Assembly (NCBI GenBank): GCA_965205335.1
Contig: OZ242164.1
Span: 96,001 to 160,000, forward strand
Length of the DNA: 64,000 nt
Origin: Candidatus Woesearchaeota archaeon
GTDB lineage: Archaea > Nanobdellota > Nanobdellia > Woesearchaeales > UBA583
Reading direction: 5' to 3'
The position numbers and the translations under genes were made by a program. This document shows positions 42,975-52,678 of this stretch, in pieces. Under the pieces are notes generated by a model that was not told the DNA's origin, did no database searches, and saw nothing but the letters and a program-made list of their open reading frames with translations. Every line of letters starts with the position of its first letter. The stretch's first letter is position 1.

Positions 42975-43551
42975 CTAGGAATGAATAATTCCATAATGTA
43001 TTTTATTTTGGACAGTAGCAAAGAAATTTTTTGTCTGTACGGAGTTTTTGTCATAATCAATTGAAGTTGAGTAAATATCAGTTATTTTCTGGTAGAAATT
43101 CCTTTCACTTGTTCTTATGTCTCTTATTCGCTCAATTAGTTCGTCAAAATAGTTTTTGTCTAAGTCTCTGCCCTGTTTTAATTGTTTGTCATCTAAGACA
43201 AAGCCTTTTATGATGAATTCTTTTAAGTGTTTTGTTGCCCAGATTCTAAATGCAGTTGCTTTTTTTGAATTTACTCTGTAACCTACTGAAATTATAGCGT
43301 CAAGATTGTAGAATCTGACCTGATAAGTTTTGCCATCACTGGCAGTTATCCGATAATATTGGATAACTGAATTTTCTTTTAGTTCTCCACTTTCAAAGAT
43401 GTTTTTTAGGTGATGATTGATAGTTCTAATGTCCACTTCAAAGAGTTGTGCCATTAATCTTTGGGAAAGCCAGATGTTTTCATCTTTAAAGAAAACTTCA
43501 ATTCTGATTTCTTCATTTTTTCTATTGAATAAGACAAAATCTCTTGCTCAT
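42975..43551 (-). pseudogene. RhuM-family (virulence protein) fragment
   Basis: IWLSQRLMAQLF, YNLDAIISVGYRVNS, ERIRDIRTSERNFYQK; truncated, with disrupted 5' end. Confidence 0.85.
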
Positions 43552-43753
43552 TTTTAATTAAATCATTTCTAAAACTTCTTTTATTTTGTTTTCTATAATT
43601 TCAATTAATAATTCATTTTGTTTTTTAATCTCTTCTTCTTTTTCAACTTCTGCAACAAATTCAGTTGCTTTTTACCTTAAATATGAATATTGTTTATAAT
43701 TTGTAGAGTTTCTGGAGTTTATAAGAATAGATGAATTAAATTTATAGAAAATA

Positions 43754-44722
43754 TTAAATAATTGTTGTAGATGAATTACAATATGGGCACTTTGCGATGG
43801 TGTAAGGTTTACCATAGATTATCTTATTACATTCAACACATCTCACTTCCTTTTCAGAATTATTTCCTTCAAATAATGATTTTGCTCTAGTTTTGGTTAA
43901 ATCTAATCCAAATAAGGATGCTGAATCAGATTTAAATTCAGGAATTGAATCTATAAATTTTGGTGTTAAAAAAAGAGTTTTTAGAGGTCTAGATATAGAA
44001 TTTTGATAATTTTCTTCTTCAAGTATTTGATCATCAGTAATTTTCTTGGTTTTAAATTCTTCTCTGAAAAATCTTGAGAGAGATTTGTAAAGTTTAATGT
44101 TAGATTTTTTTTTCTTTTTCCATTCTTTTTTCAGAAAAGAATTAATATTATCATCATTTAAGTTAGATATAAAATCTTTATCTACAGTAATAAGAATTAA
44201 CTCCTTACCATTATCTACATTTTCTAGGAGAATAAGCCAATTAATACAATCTCCATAAGAGTTATTTTTTCCAGGGGGATTTCCTTTCTTATATCTTTCT
44301 TCAGCTAAAGTTATAATTTTTCCATCAATTTTTATTATTGAATTTTTCTTAAATAACTTGCTAAAAGACTTATCTATAGTTAATTTTTCATTTGATGAAT
44401 CCTTTAATAATTTAGGATGTACCTTTTTAGCAAATTTATTAATTTCTTTAATTCTTTTTTCAATAGCTTTAATACTTTTATTATTTTTACAAAAAGATGG
44501 TGTACTAAATGATTTTTTTTCAAGATCTTTAATGCTTTTTAATGAGGCTTCTAATTTAGCTTCTCTATTTCTATAAAATTCATCAATTACTTGCTCTGTC
44601 AAATATAATTTTATTTTCTTAGTCTCAATTTTTTTAATTAATTCTTCCAACAAATTTGGATGGTCGTCAGTTAAACTATAAATTCTTAAAAATATATTTG
44701 CATCAATAAAAATATGCTTCAT
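43754..44722 (-). CDS. PIN-domain protein (DUF4935/PIN_12-like) with C-terminal Zn ribbon
   Basis: IFIDANIFL, GNPPGK..YGDCINW, ITVDKDF, CVEC..CPYC. Confidence 0.8.
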   Translation of the reverse strand: MKHIFIDANIFLRIYSLTDDHPNLLEELIKKIETKKIKLYLTEQVIDEFYRNREAKLEASLKSIKDLEKKSFSTPSFCKNNKSIKAIEKRIKEINKFAKKVHPKLLKDSSNEKLTIDKSFSKLFKKNSIIKIDGKIITLAEERYKKGNPPGKNNSYGDCINWLILLENVDNGKELILITVDKDFISNLNDDNINSFLKKEWKKKKKSNIKLYKSLSRFFREEFKTKKITDDQILEEENYQNSISRPLKTLFLTPKFIDSIPEFKSDSASLFGLDLTKTRAKSLFEGNNSEKEVRCVECNKIIYGKPYTIAKCPYCNSSTTII

Positions 44723-44771
44723 ATTTTTTTATATCTTCTTAAATTTAAATATTTTTTTTTCTTTAATGGTG

Positions 44772-45050
44772 TGTAGTGCCATAACATATGTCACCACCTT
44801 AACTTTCTCTGAAAGTTGTCAAACTCATAAGAAGAAGTTTGATTAAATAAACTCTCATAGTCTCTAAAAATATTGTGCCTCATACCTAAATAACTATAGA
44901 TATGCTTTTCACAGAGTATTTTCTTGCATTTAGAATAAGAGTTTCGCCTAACTCTTAATTTTATGAAAACTATTCTAATTTCGCCTTTTTACATAAATTT
45001 AACAAAAATTGTTAATTTTTAGACTGGTGACATATGTCATGATACTAACA
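44772..45050. mobile_element. Second MITE family (~280 bp; IS481- or IS630-like ends)
   Basis: TIRs TAGTGCCATAACATATGTCACCA / TGGTGACATATGTCATGATACTA; inverted partial copy at 52699-52748. Confidence 0.8.
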
Positions 45051-45082
45051 CTTCTTTCATATTATAAATTATCATATGCTTT

Positions 45083-47686
45083 TTAATCCTCATAAACTAT
45101 CCAATAATTAAAATTTTTCTTCCGCCCATCCTTAAGTTCAATTTCCTCTGGAAATTCAAATGTGCCCATCTTTTCATTTAAACTAAATCTTTTTCTAACA
45201 TACAACCCAACTAAAGATGGATCTTTTGAAATTGAAGGAAGGAGATGGAATTTTTCAGATTTTTTCATTTCTAAAATCCTCTCAGGAGGAATTAGCTCAT
45301 TTGAATTAATATTTATTAATTTAGAGAACAATCTTGAAATTATAAACTGTTCAAATGGCTTATACTTATCTAAATCGTGTCCTCTAAACATAATCGGCAC
45401 GAGGAAAACATAACAGGTATCTTCTGTTACAGGATGTTTGTATGGATAATAGTAGCTAATCACTGGAAATTCATCTAAGATTTTAGGTCGACTGTGCATA
45501 AGAGAATAATTATAAATTTCATGAAACAAATCTTCAACTTTTTTTGGGTAAGAAGATATTCCTCTTGAATCAATTACATAACCTCTTGGCAAAGAATCTG
45601 GTTTTTCATATATTAAACTATATAATTTCGTTAAAACTGCATCAGGGCTTCTTCCAAAGAATTCTTGTGATATTTCCGGCTTACTTCTTATCATTAATTT
45701 CAATTCATCCAAATATTTATCATATAAAGAAATTAATCTATTTACATCCTCATCACTCCACGGAGAGTTAAGAATTGAAAACTTTGTTTCTTGTTCCAAG
45801 AAAGGCTCGAAAAGACCATATTTCTTAAAAAGTCTTTTTACTTCAGTAGGACTTGCTTCTCTTAAAAATTTTTTAAATGTCTCGGAGAGTGAAAAAATAT
45901 CTTTATTCTCTTCTTTATATTTTGAAATACTTAAATAGTAAGATTTGTATGGACCTTCAGAACTCCTTTTAATAATTGTTTGACAAATATTCTCTATTTT
46001 CTCTGTTTCATATTCACGTAATCTGTCTTTGTATAAACCAAGTTCAACTAATTGAGGCAATATCTCTTCCATATTAGGATTCTTTCCCTCCCACTTGAAT
46101 CCAAGCAAACTAAATAAACCTATATTTGATACAATGAATTTTTTATTAATTTCCTCAATATTACCAATTTTGGAGAAAACTTTCTTAAACGTCTTAGATC
46201 CTAAAAAAATACTTTTATTGTCTTCTTTATATTTTGAAATACTTAAATAGTAAGATTTGTATCCACCACCTTCAGAATTCCTCTTAATAATTGTTTGACA
46301 AATATTCTCTCTTTTCTCTGTTTCATATTCATTTAATCTGTCTTTGTATAAACCAAGTTCAACTAATTGAGGCAATATCTCTTCCATATTAGGATGCCTT
46401 CCCTCCCAAGTAAATTCAAGCAAATTAAATAAACTTTTATTTGGTTCAATGAATTCATTCTTAATTTCCTCAATATTACCAGTTTTGGAGGAAGCTTCAT
46501 TCTTATATTCGTTAAATGTCTTAGATCCTAAAAAAATACTTTTATTGTCTTCTTTATATTTTGAAATACTTAAATAGTAAGATTTGTATGAACCCTCAGA
46601 AGTCCTGTTGATAATTGTTTGACAAATATTCTCTCTTTTCTCTGTTTCATATTCATTTAATCTGTCTTTGTATAAACCAAGTTCAACTAATTGAGGCAAT
46701 ATCTCTTCCATATTAGGATCCTCTCTCTTCCAAGTAAATTCAAGCAAATTAAATAAACTTTTATTTTTTCGAATGAATTCAGCCTTAATTTCTTCAATAT
46801 TACCAATTTTGGAGAAAGCTTCATTCTTAAATTCGTTAAATGTCTTAGATCCTAAAAAAATACTTTTATTGTCTTCTTTATATTTTGAAATACTTAAATA
46901 GTAAGATTTGTAATTACTTTCAGAAGTCCTGTTGATAATTGTTTGACAAATATTCTCTCTTTTCTCTGTTTCATATTCACGTAATCTGTCTTTGTATAAA
47001 CCAAGTTCAACTAATTGAGGCAATATCTCTTCTATTGTAGGATTCTGTCGCTCCCACTTGAATCCAAGCAAATTAAATAAACTTTTATTTGATACAATGA
47101 ATTCATTCTTAATTTCCTCAATATTACCAGTTTTGGAGAAAGCTTCATTCTTATATTCGTTAAATGTCTTAGATTCTAAAAAAATACTTTTATTGTCTTC
47201 TTTATATTTTGAAATACTTAAATAGTAAGATTTGTATGGACCTTCAGAACTCCTTTTAATAATTGTTTGACAAATATTCTCTATTTCCTCTGTTTCATAT
47301 TCACGTAATCTGTCTTTGTATAAACCAAGTTCAACTAATTGAGGCAATATCTCTTCCCTAATAGGATGCTTTTCCTCCCACTTGAATCCAAGCAAACTAA
47401 ATAAACCATTATTTGATACAATGAATTTAGCCTTAATTTCCTCAATATTTTCTGGTAAAAATAATTGTTTGGAATGTAAAAATCCTCTCGTTTTCCAAGG
47501 TCCTACAAATCTAAATAAAGTATTAAGCAATTCCATTGAATGTTTGAGTTTTTCAAAGTTTGATTCTCCTGTCTCAGCTTTAAAATAATTTTCCTTTAAA
47601 TAGTTTACATATGCAATAAAATTATCCTTGTTGATGTTATCTTTTTTAGATACTAGTACTCCTTTAATGTCTTCAAAACGACTCAT
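45083..47686 (-). CDS. Tandem-repeat protein (5 x ~108 aa) with C-terminal Myb/SANT-like motif
   Basis: 324-bp DNA period (47435 vs 47111); WSDEDVNRL..GRSPDAVLTKL. Confidence 0.85.
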   Translation of the reverse strand: MSRFEDIKGVLVSKKDNINKDNFIAYVNYLKENYFKAETGESNFEKLKHSMELLNTLFRFVGPWKTRGFLHSKQLFLPENIEEIKAKFIVSNNGLFSLLGFKWEEKHPIREEILPQLVELGLYKDRLREYETEEIENICQTIIKRSSEGPYKSYYLSISKYKEDNKSIFLESKTFNEYKNEAFSKTGNIEEIKNEFIVSNKSLFNLLGFKWERQNPTIEEILPQLVELGLYKDRLREYETEKRENICQTIINRTSESNYKSYYLSISKYKEDNKSIFLGSKTFNEFKNEAFSKIGNIEEIKAEFIRKNKSLFNLLEFTWKREDPNMEEILPQLVELGLYKDRLNEYETEKRENICQTIINRTSEGSYKSYYLSISKYKEDNKSIFLGSKTFNEYKNEASSKTGNIEEIKNEFIEPNKSLFNLLEFTWEGRHPNMEEILPQLVELGLYKDRLNEYETEKRENICQTIIKRNSEGGGYKSYYLSISKYKEDNKSIFLGSKTFKKVFSKIGNIEEINKKFIVSNIGLFSLLGFKWEGKNPNMEEILPQLVELGLYKDRLREYETEKIENICQTIIKRSSEGPYKSYYLSISKYKEENKDIFSLSETFKKFLREASPTEVKRLFKKYGLFEPFLEQETKFSILNSPWSDEDVNRLISLYDKYLDELKLMIRSKPEISQEFFGRSPDAVLTKLYSLIYEKPDSLPRGYVIDSRGISSYPKKVEDLFHEIYNYSLMHSRPKILDEFPVISYYYPYKHPVTEDTCYVFLVPIMFRGHDLDKYKPFEQFIISRLFSKLININSNELIPPERILEMKKSEKFHLLPSISKDPSLVGLYVRKRFSLNEKMGTFEFPEEIELKDGRKKNFNYWIVYED

Positions 47687-47835
47687 TTTATATTAATGAA
47701 CAACTAATAGTTTTTATAAATATAACTTTTTTAAGGTACTAATTAATCTGGAATACTGACTGTCAATATCAATCTTAATCTGAAATACATGTTTATAACC
47801 ACTAAGATTTTTATATCTTATTGGATTTTTCCTGA

Positions 47836-48594
47836 CTAAATTAAGTTTATCTGAAATCCTCCAAAATACTCTAACAAACCAATTCTAACTGGACTTCTAC
47901 CCAAATACTTCCTCATAAAATAATTCAACCTATTCCCAATAATAGTATTTGCTACCTCAACAAATCTTCTAGGATATACAAATATATCACCATCAAAAGT
48001 TTCTCCTAAGGGACCGAATCTACCTGATAGATAGGATTTGGCATTCCTCAAATCTAAGGAATAACTTCCTGTTGCAATTATTCCAACTCCCTCACCTATC
48101 TTTCCTCTATCTACCAAATTTTTAAGTGCCATTGGCCAACCATTGTAAAATGTGACTTCATCTAGGATAATAATTAAGGGTTTGTGTTCATTAAACTTCT
48201 CAAGGAGTGCTTCAATCAACTCTTGCAAATTCTTCTTTGAATTTAAAACACCAAGTAGCTTTTCATTATCTAAAGAAAAATAAAGTAAAGACTTAGGTGA
48301 AACTCCTTCTTCAATTAGTTTCTTAGTAATGAATTTCAACATTGAAGTTTTTCCAATTCTCCTAGGACCTCTAATTACAACCATCCCAAATTTATTCCTC
48401 TCATTAAAATGTCTATCAAAAAAATTTTCTTTCAAATAAAAATATACTTTTGGGGGTTCATCACTAAGTCCCAAATTTTCAGCATCAACAATATACCTCA
48501 ATGCTTCATCTTCCTTGTACCAGTCTTCATTAGTAATCCAAGGACTTTCCTGCAAAACTAGATCTACTAAATCATCAATCTCCTTTCTTTCCAT
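47836..48594 (-). CDS. AAA_14-type ATPase, probably truncated
   Basis: RGPRRIGKT, IILDEV, IATGS, LSGR. Confidence 0.8.
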   Translation of the reverse strand: MERKEIDDLVDLVLQESPWITNEDWYKEDEALRYIVDAENLGLSDEPPKVYFYLKENFFDRHFNERNKFGMVVIRGPRRIGKTSMLKFITKKLIEEGVSPKSLLYFSLDNEKLLGVLNSKKNLQELIEALLEKFNEHKPLIIILDEVTFYNGWPMALKNLVDRGKIGEGVGIIATGSYSLDLRNAKSYLSGRFGPLGETFDGDIFVYPRRFVEVANTIIGNRLNYFMRKYLGRSPVRIGLLEYFGGFQINLI

Positions 48595-48684
48595 AATTAA
48601 TTACCTTCTTTTCTAATAAATTCTTGGAATAAGATCCAAAACTATTCTTGCTATTCAAACTCGTTCCCATATAATTTCTTTTCT

Positions 48685-49035
48685 TCAAATTCTTAGATTC
48701 CTCTTTTGCAAAACTTTGGAATATATGTTCTCAATCCTCTTATTCATTAGGTTCATTCTATTTGTGTTGTTGTGAATTTGCCTCTGCAAGTCTGAAATTT
48801 TTCTTGATATTTCTTTACTCTCTGTGCTTGAGGCTTCTTCATCTCTCTCAGCATTCTCTCCTCTTGATTTCTCAATATAATTCTTTATAGATTGAACTAT
48901 AAATTTTGATTTTGAAATATCTTCTTCTGAGACAACTGATTCCATTTCCCTTAACAATTCATTGTCTATTCTGAAACTAAGTTTATGTCCTTTGTTGAGT
49001 TTATTTTTTATAGGTTTGTTTAAGTTGTCTGACAT
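48685..49035 (-). CDS. Ribbon-helix-helix (CopG-like) regulator with coiled coil
   Basis: LSFRIDNELL..ISKSKFIVQSI; its start and promoter (~49008-49080) are duplicated at ~49121-49192. Confidence 0.75.
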   Translation of the reverse strand: MSDNLNKPIKNKLNKGHKLSFRIDNELLREMESVVSEEDISKSKFIVQSIKNYIEKSRGENAERDEEASSTESKEISRKISDLQRQIHNNTNRMNLMNKRIENIYSKVLQKRNLRI

Positions 49036-49191
49036 AATAATACAATGTGAGACATTATTTATAAACTTTGTTATTGTATGCCCTGAAACAGAATCTATGT
49101 TTCTTATTGGGTTTGTCTTTTATAGGTTTGTTTAAGTTGTCTGACATAATAATACAATGTGAGACATTATGTATAAACTTTGATATTGTAT

Positions 49192-49319
49192 GGCTCTGTC
49201 CGGAAACTGTTTTCTCCAAAATCTATGCTAACTATATTCAATCAAAGAAAAAAATTATTTGTTAAAAATTACTTTATTGATACAATATTTTAAGTTCTCT
49301 TGAATTTCCAGACAGAGCC
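49192..49319 (-). mobile_element. 128-bp IS5-type MITE (copy B, inverted)
   Basis: GGCTCTGTCCGGAAA ... TTTCCAGACAGAGCC. Confidence 0.9.
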
Positions 49320-49425
49320 TAAAAGATAGTTCTAATCAAAATTTATCTGTAATTCATTCTTGTGACTCACATTCTTAGCACTATTTTCAAATCTCTTTAA
49401 AATCTCTTCCTTGGGTTCATTTCTT

Positions 49426-49998
49426 TCAATTTTCAAAGTCTTCTTTTTTAATTAAAACATATTTTTCCACATTCTGTAATAATTCATTTGACCTTGAAAA
49501 ATTAGTATTTCTGTCTCTATTAAAATAAGTGTAAAGAATTGTTTTAACTCCCTTTTTGTAAGCATTGTTTATCGCAGGAATAAAATCAGTATCACATGCA
49601 ATTAGAATTACATTTTTTATATTTGGATATTTAGCAGAAGTCTCAATTAAATCAATAGTTAGCAAAGTATCAACTCCTTTTTGAGAAAACTTGTACCTAT
49701 TACCCTCTTTTACTCTTTGACACCTTCCTTCTCTTATAGTAATTATTGAATTTTTCTTAAGTTTTAGAAGAAATTTATCATAATTTTCTTTTCTTCTGTT
49801 TTCATCTTCTGTTGGTCTATTTGAAACAAATGGTGGGGCAGTATAATAAAAAATCCTTTCAATCTTAAAATTTTCTTTTTTAGCAAAAATATTTAGTAAA
49901 CTAGTTATATCAAATTTCAGATATTTTCCATTTCCCAAGTATTGAGAGAGTTTTGAAAGAAATCCAGCATCAACTAGTATAAGTGTTCTCCTATTCAT
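49426..49998 (-). CDS. NYN-domain ribonuclease (family A)
   Basis: ILVDAGF, FYYTAPP, QKGVDT, IACDTDFIP. Confidence 0.9.
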   Translation of the reverse strand: MNRRTLILVDAGFLSKLSQYLGNGKYLKFDITSLLNIFAKKENFKIERIFYYTAPPFVSNRPTEDENRRKENYDKFLLKLKKNSIITIREGRCQRVKEGNRYKFSQKGVDTLLTIDLIETSAKYPNIKNVILIACDTDFIPAINNAYKKGVKTILYTYFNRDRNTNFSRSNELLQNVEKYVLIKKEDFEN

Positions 49999-50036
49999 TA
50001 AGAATTCTTAGAAGAAATACTTTATAAATTTTATCT

Positions 50037-50090
50037 AAGGGGGTGTAGAACATCATCTAGAAACCCCACCCCGAGATCTCTAGGGTGCAT
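50037..50090 (-). ncRNA. Putative pseudoknot small RNA, family A copy 2
   Basis: ATGCACCCTAGAGATCTCGGGGTGGGGTTTCTAGATGATGTTCTACACCCCCTT; TATA at 50115-50123. Confidence 0.6.
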
Positions 50091-50181
50091 GTTAGTTTAT
50101 TCTAAGACTTCTTTATTTATATAGTTTTCTATGTTTTCTAAACTTTCTATACTGACTTAGGGTGTTAGGTGGATATTTTGC

Positions 50182-50868
50182 TCAGTTTCTTGTTCCCTCA
50201 AATTCCATTGAAAAGATTCTAGTGTAGATTGTAACTTTTACTCCTTTTTTTCCTTTAGTGAATAAATTTAAGGTTCTATCGTCTATGTAGTTGTCTATTA
50301 GTTTTATTGATTTTTTGGCATTTCTTATTAGGTCTGAGATAAATTTGTGTGCATCAAATAGTTGTCCTTCAAAGAATATTCCTTTTTGGGGTTTTATGTC
50401 TGGGTTTTTAAGTAGTGAGAATATTTTGTTGAAGTTGGTGTCATAGTCCAATAATTTGTTCTCAATAACATTTAATCTATATAGCATATCTTGATTTTCA
50501 GAAATAAATTTTTTCATTTCTATGAATGCATTTATTATCTGAATGCTTATTTTGATTGCGGTTTTGCTGTGGAGTACTGCTGAGAGCATTGAAACTCCTT
50601 GTTCTGTAAAGACGTAAGGTAATTTTCTCCTTCCTCCATGTTTATGACTTGAAGTCACAATTTGTGACATCAAGTTTTCATATTCTTGTTTGATCATTTG
50701 AAACATAAATTCTTTTGGGAATCTTTCAATATTTCTTTTTACTGCTTGATTTAGCACTTTTGTTTCAACTTGGTAGAATTTAGCCAAATCAGAATCAAGC
50801 ATGACTTGAACTCCTCTAATGATATGAATTTTGTTTTTTATGTTTTTGATTAATTCAGCTCTTTCCAT
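50182..50868 (-). CDS. ORF6N-domain protein (C-terminal domain truncated)
   Basis: IRGVQVMLDSDLAKFYQVET, FPKEFMFQ, LIDNYID. Confidence 0.85.
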   Translation of the reverse strand: MERAELIKNIKNKIHIIRGVQVMLDSDLAKFYQVETKVLNQAVKRNIERFPKEFMFQMIKQEYENLMSQIVTSSHKHGGRRKLPYVFTEQGVSMLSAVLHSKTAIKISIQIINAFIEMKKFISENQDMLYRLNVIENKLLDYDTNFNKIFSLLKNPDIKPQKGIFFEGQLFDAHKFISDLIRNAKKSIKLIDNYIDDRTLNLFTKGKKGVKVTIYTRIFSMEFEGTRN

Positions 50869-51066
50869 TTAAATCACCTTCAATTTTCACTAATATCTCT
50901 TTAATAGTGAATTTAAAATAAAATTATAGTTTTAATAAATTATCTCCCCTTAATTCCTCTATTTGAATTTATAGACAAATCTGTTTCTTAAAAATCATTG
51001 GGTCTCAAAAAACAACCAGAACCTTTTTTAACAATATTTATAAATTATAAGAAATCTATTATATTT

Positions 51067-51138
51067 GTCCGGGCATCAGGTTCGGGACGGTGGCCTGTCA
51101 AGTTGCTGTCGTTGGGTTCAATTCCCACTGTCCGGACA
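51067..51138 (+). ncRNA. tRNA-like small RNA (GUC loop, non-canonical fold)
   Basis: GC-rich island; GTCCGGGCA/TGTCCGGAC stem, GGTTCAATTCC T-arm, CTGTCAA loop; TATA at 51037-51044, T-tracts downstream. Confidence 0.75.
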
Positions 51139-51222
51139 TCTTTTTTTTATCTTTTTTTAATTGAGAAGAAACTCAATTAATTACCTTATGTATATCACTA
51201 TTTATAAACCTAACGCTTTCAT

Positions 51223-51350
51223 GGCTCTGTCCATAAATTCAAGAGAACTTAAAATATTGTATCAATAAAGCAACTTTTGATAAATAATTTCTTTCTTTGA
51301 TTGAATATATTTAGCATAGATTTTGGAAAAAACAATTTATGGACAGAGCC
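51223..51350 (+). mobile_element. 128-bp IS5-type MITE (copy C)
   Basis: Perfect 17-bp TIR GGCTCTGTCCATAAATT, identical to the IS end at 51655. Confidence 0.95.
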
Positions 51351-51472
51351 ACCAATACAATAAATTTATAAATTAGTAGTTAGTTCTTAGTTTAGATATA
51401 GTTGATAAATTTTTATAAATTATTTCTTAGTTAAATTGATTTATAGTTTTTACAGATATATCCTAGTTAAAA

Positions 51473-51604
51473 ATGGAAGATAATAGAGAGAAATATAAAG
51501 TAAAGTGTTCTGAGTGTGATGCTGAAACGGAAGTTCCTTTTAAACCAACGGAAGGGAGACCTGTTTATTGTAAAGAATGTTACAAGAGTAGAAAGAGGTT
51601 TTAA
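51473..51604 (+). CDS. CxxC-x17-CxxC zinc-ribbon protein (43 aa; not in ORF track)
   Basis: MEDNREKYKVKCSECDAETEVPFKPTEGRPVYCKECYKSRKRF. Confidence 0.9.
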   Translation: MEDNREKYKVKCSECDAETEVPFKPTEGRPVYCKECYKSRKRF

Positions 51605-51654
51605 CCTTAGTAATCAATACTTTCAGGTATTGTAAGTGAATGATATATGTAATA

Positions 51655-52678
51655 GGCTCTGTCCATAAATTAATTTTTTTAAAATAAAAGAGATGAAAAT
51701 ACTATTTGATACTAAAACATTATCATTTTTCTTTTGAAAATTATCCAATTTTCATAGAAGAAAATTACATAAGAAAGTTTTTTTCTAATGTTATACCACA
51801 GAATATTCTATGCCATCTCCCTTTTTTTCATAAAATGTATCCTACTTCTGATATTTAGGCCTTGAACTCTCTTGAGGGATGAAAACACACTCTCGACATT
51901 GTTCCTTTTATTGTATATTTCTTTGTTTTTGAAGTATTTTTGTTTGATTTTCCAATGCTTAAAAGCATTATGCTTGGTTTTTGCATAGTCTTTTGGCGGG
52001 AAAATCAAATCTATATCTTTATCATTTAGAAAATCTAAATGATCAAAGGAAAAATATCCTTTGTCTGCCACAATAACACTCTTCTTTATTTTGAGTCTTT
52101 TGAAAAGTTTGTTTGCAACTTTTGAATCATGCTGATTCTTAACCAAGAAAGAATAAGTCAATTATTTGTTTAGAGCCTTGTACGTCACAAATTATATCTA
52201 ATTTGTGCCAAGGTGATTTGGGTTCAAATCCAATCCGATGTTTGTAATAAGTAGTTTTATGGTCTGCATCAATTCCCGAACCATCAATTGCTACAATGTC
52301 TGGATTAGGATTTTCTAAAGAAAGTCTAATTAGGTTGCGGATAAAACTAACTGAGAAGAACTTTAACCACTTATGAAGTGTTGATTTCTTTGGAAGGCGT
52401 TTTAACTGCAACCAATGTTTCCAAATAGTTAAACTGCCGTCTATGTTGCTTACAAACCTTCTAAAGGATTTTCCTGATTGGATGTATAAGACTATTATAG
52501 AAACTCTTTGATAATTGTTAAAGAGTTTGCAACCTCTCACAAAATTGTGAGGCCTTAACCTTAAACTATGACAAAGTTTAAGTACTTCCATATGTAAACT
52601 ATTAGTAAAGTTGGTGTGTTCTAACATAAAAAACTATCAACTTTACACTTTATTAATTCTTCGATTTGAATCAGTGCC
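51655..52678 (-). mobile_element. IS5-family insertion sequence with inactivated DDE transposase
   Basis: AIDGSG, VADKGY, YNKRNNVESVFSSLK; 1-nt insertion at ~52157 and in-frame TAG at 51808; ends GGCTCTGTCC and (internally deleted) TTGAAT-CAGTGCC. Confidence 0.9.

Noticed and set aside
45880-47450. Diversity-generating retroelement acting on the repeat protein
   Set aside because: No reverse transcriptase or separate template repeat in the window, and the variation includes indels.
50031-50090. Leader peptide MHPRDLGVGFLDDVLHPLR in the family A element
   Set aside because: A 1-nt indel in the other copy shifts the frame while base-pairing is preserved by compensatory changes, favouring an RNA function; a short conserved peptide is not fully excluded.
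51127-51136. Match of the tRNA-like 3' end (ACTGTCCGGA) to the MITE end at ~16472
   Set aside because: Only 10-11 bp, matching one MITE variant, and explained by the acceptor stem; could be chance.
51808-52627. Programmed frameshift in the transposase
   Set aside because: No slippery A-run at the junction, and an additional in-frame TAG plus a deleted TIR indicate decay.
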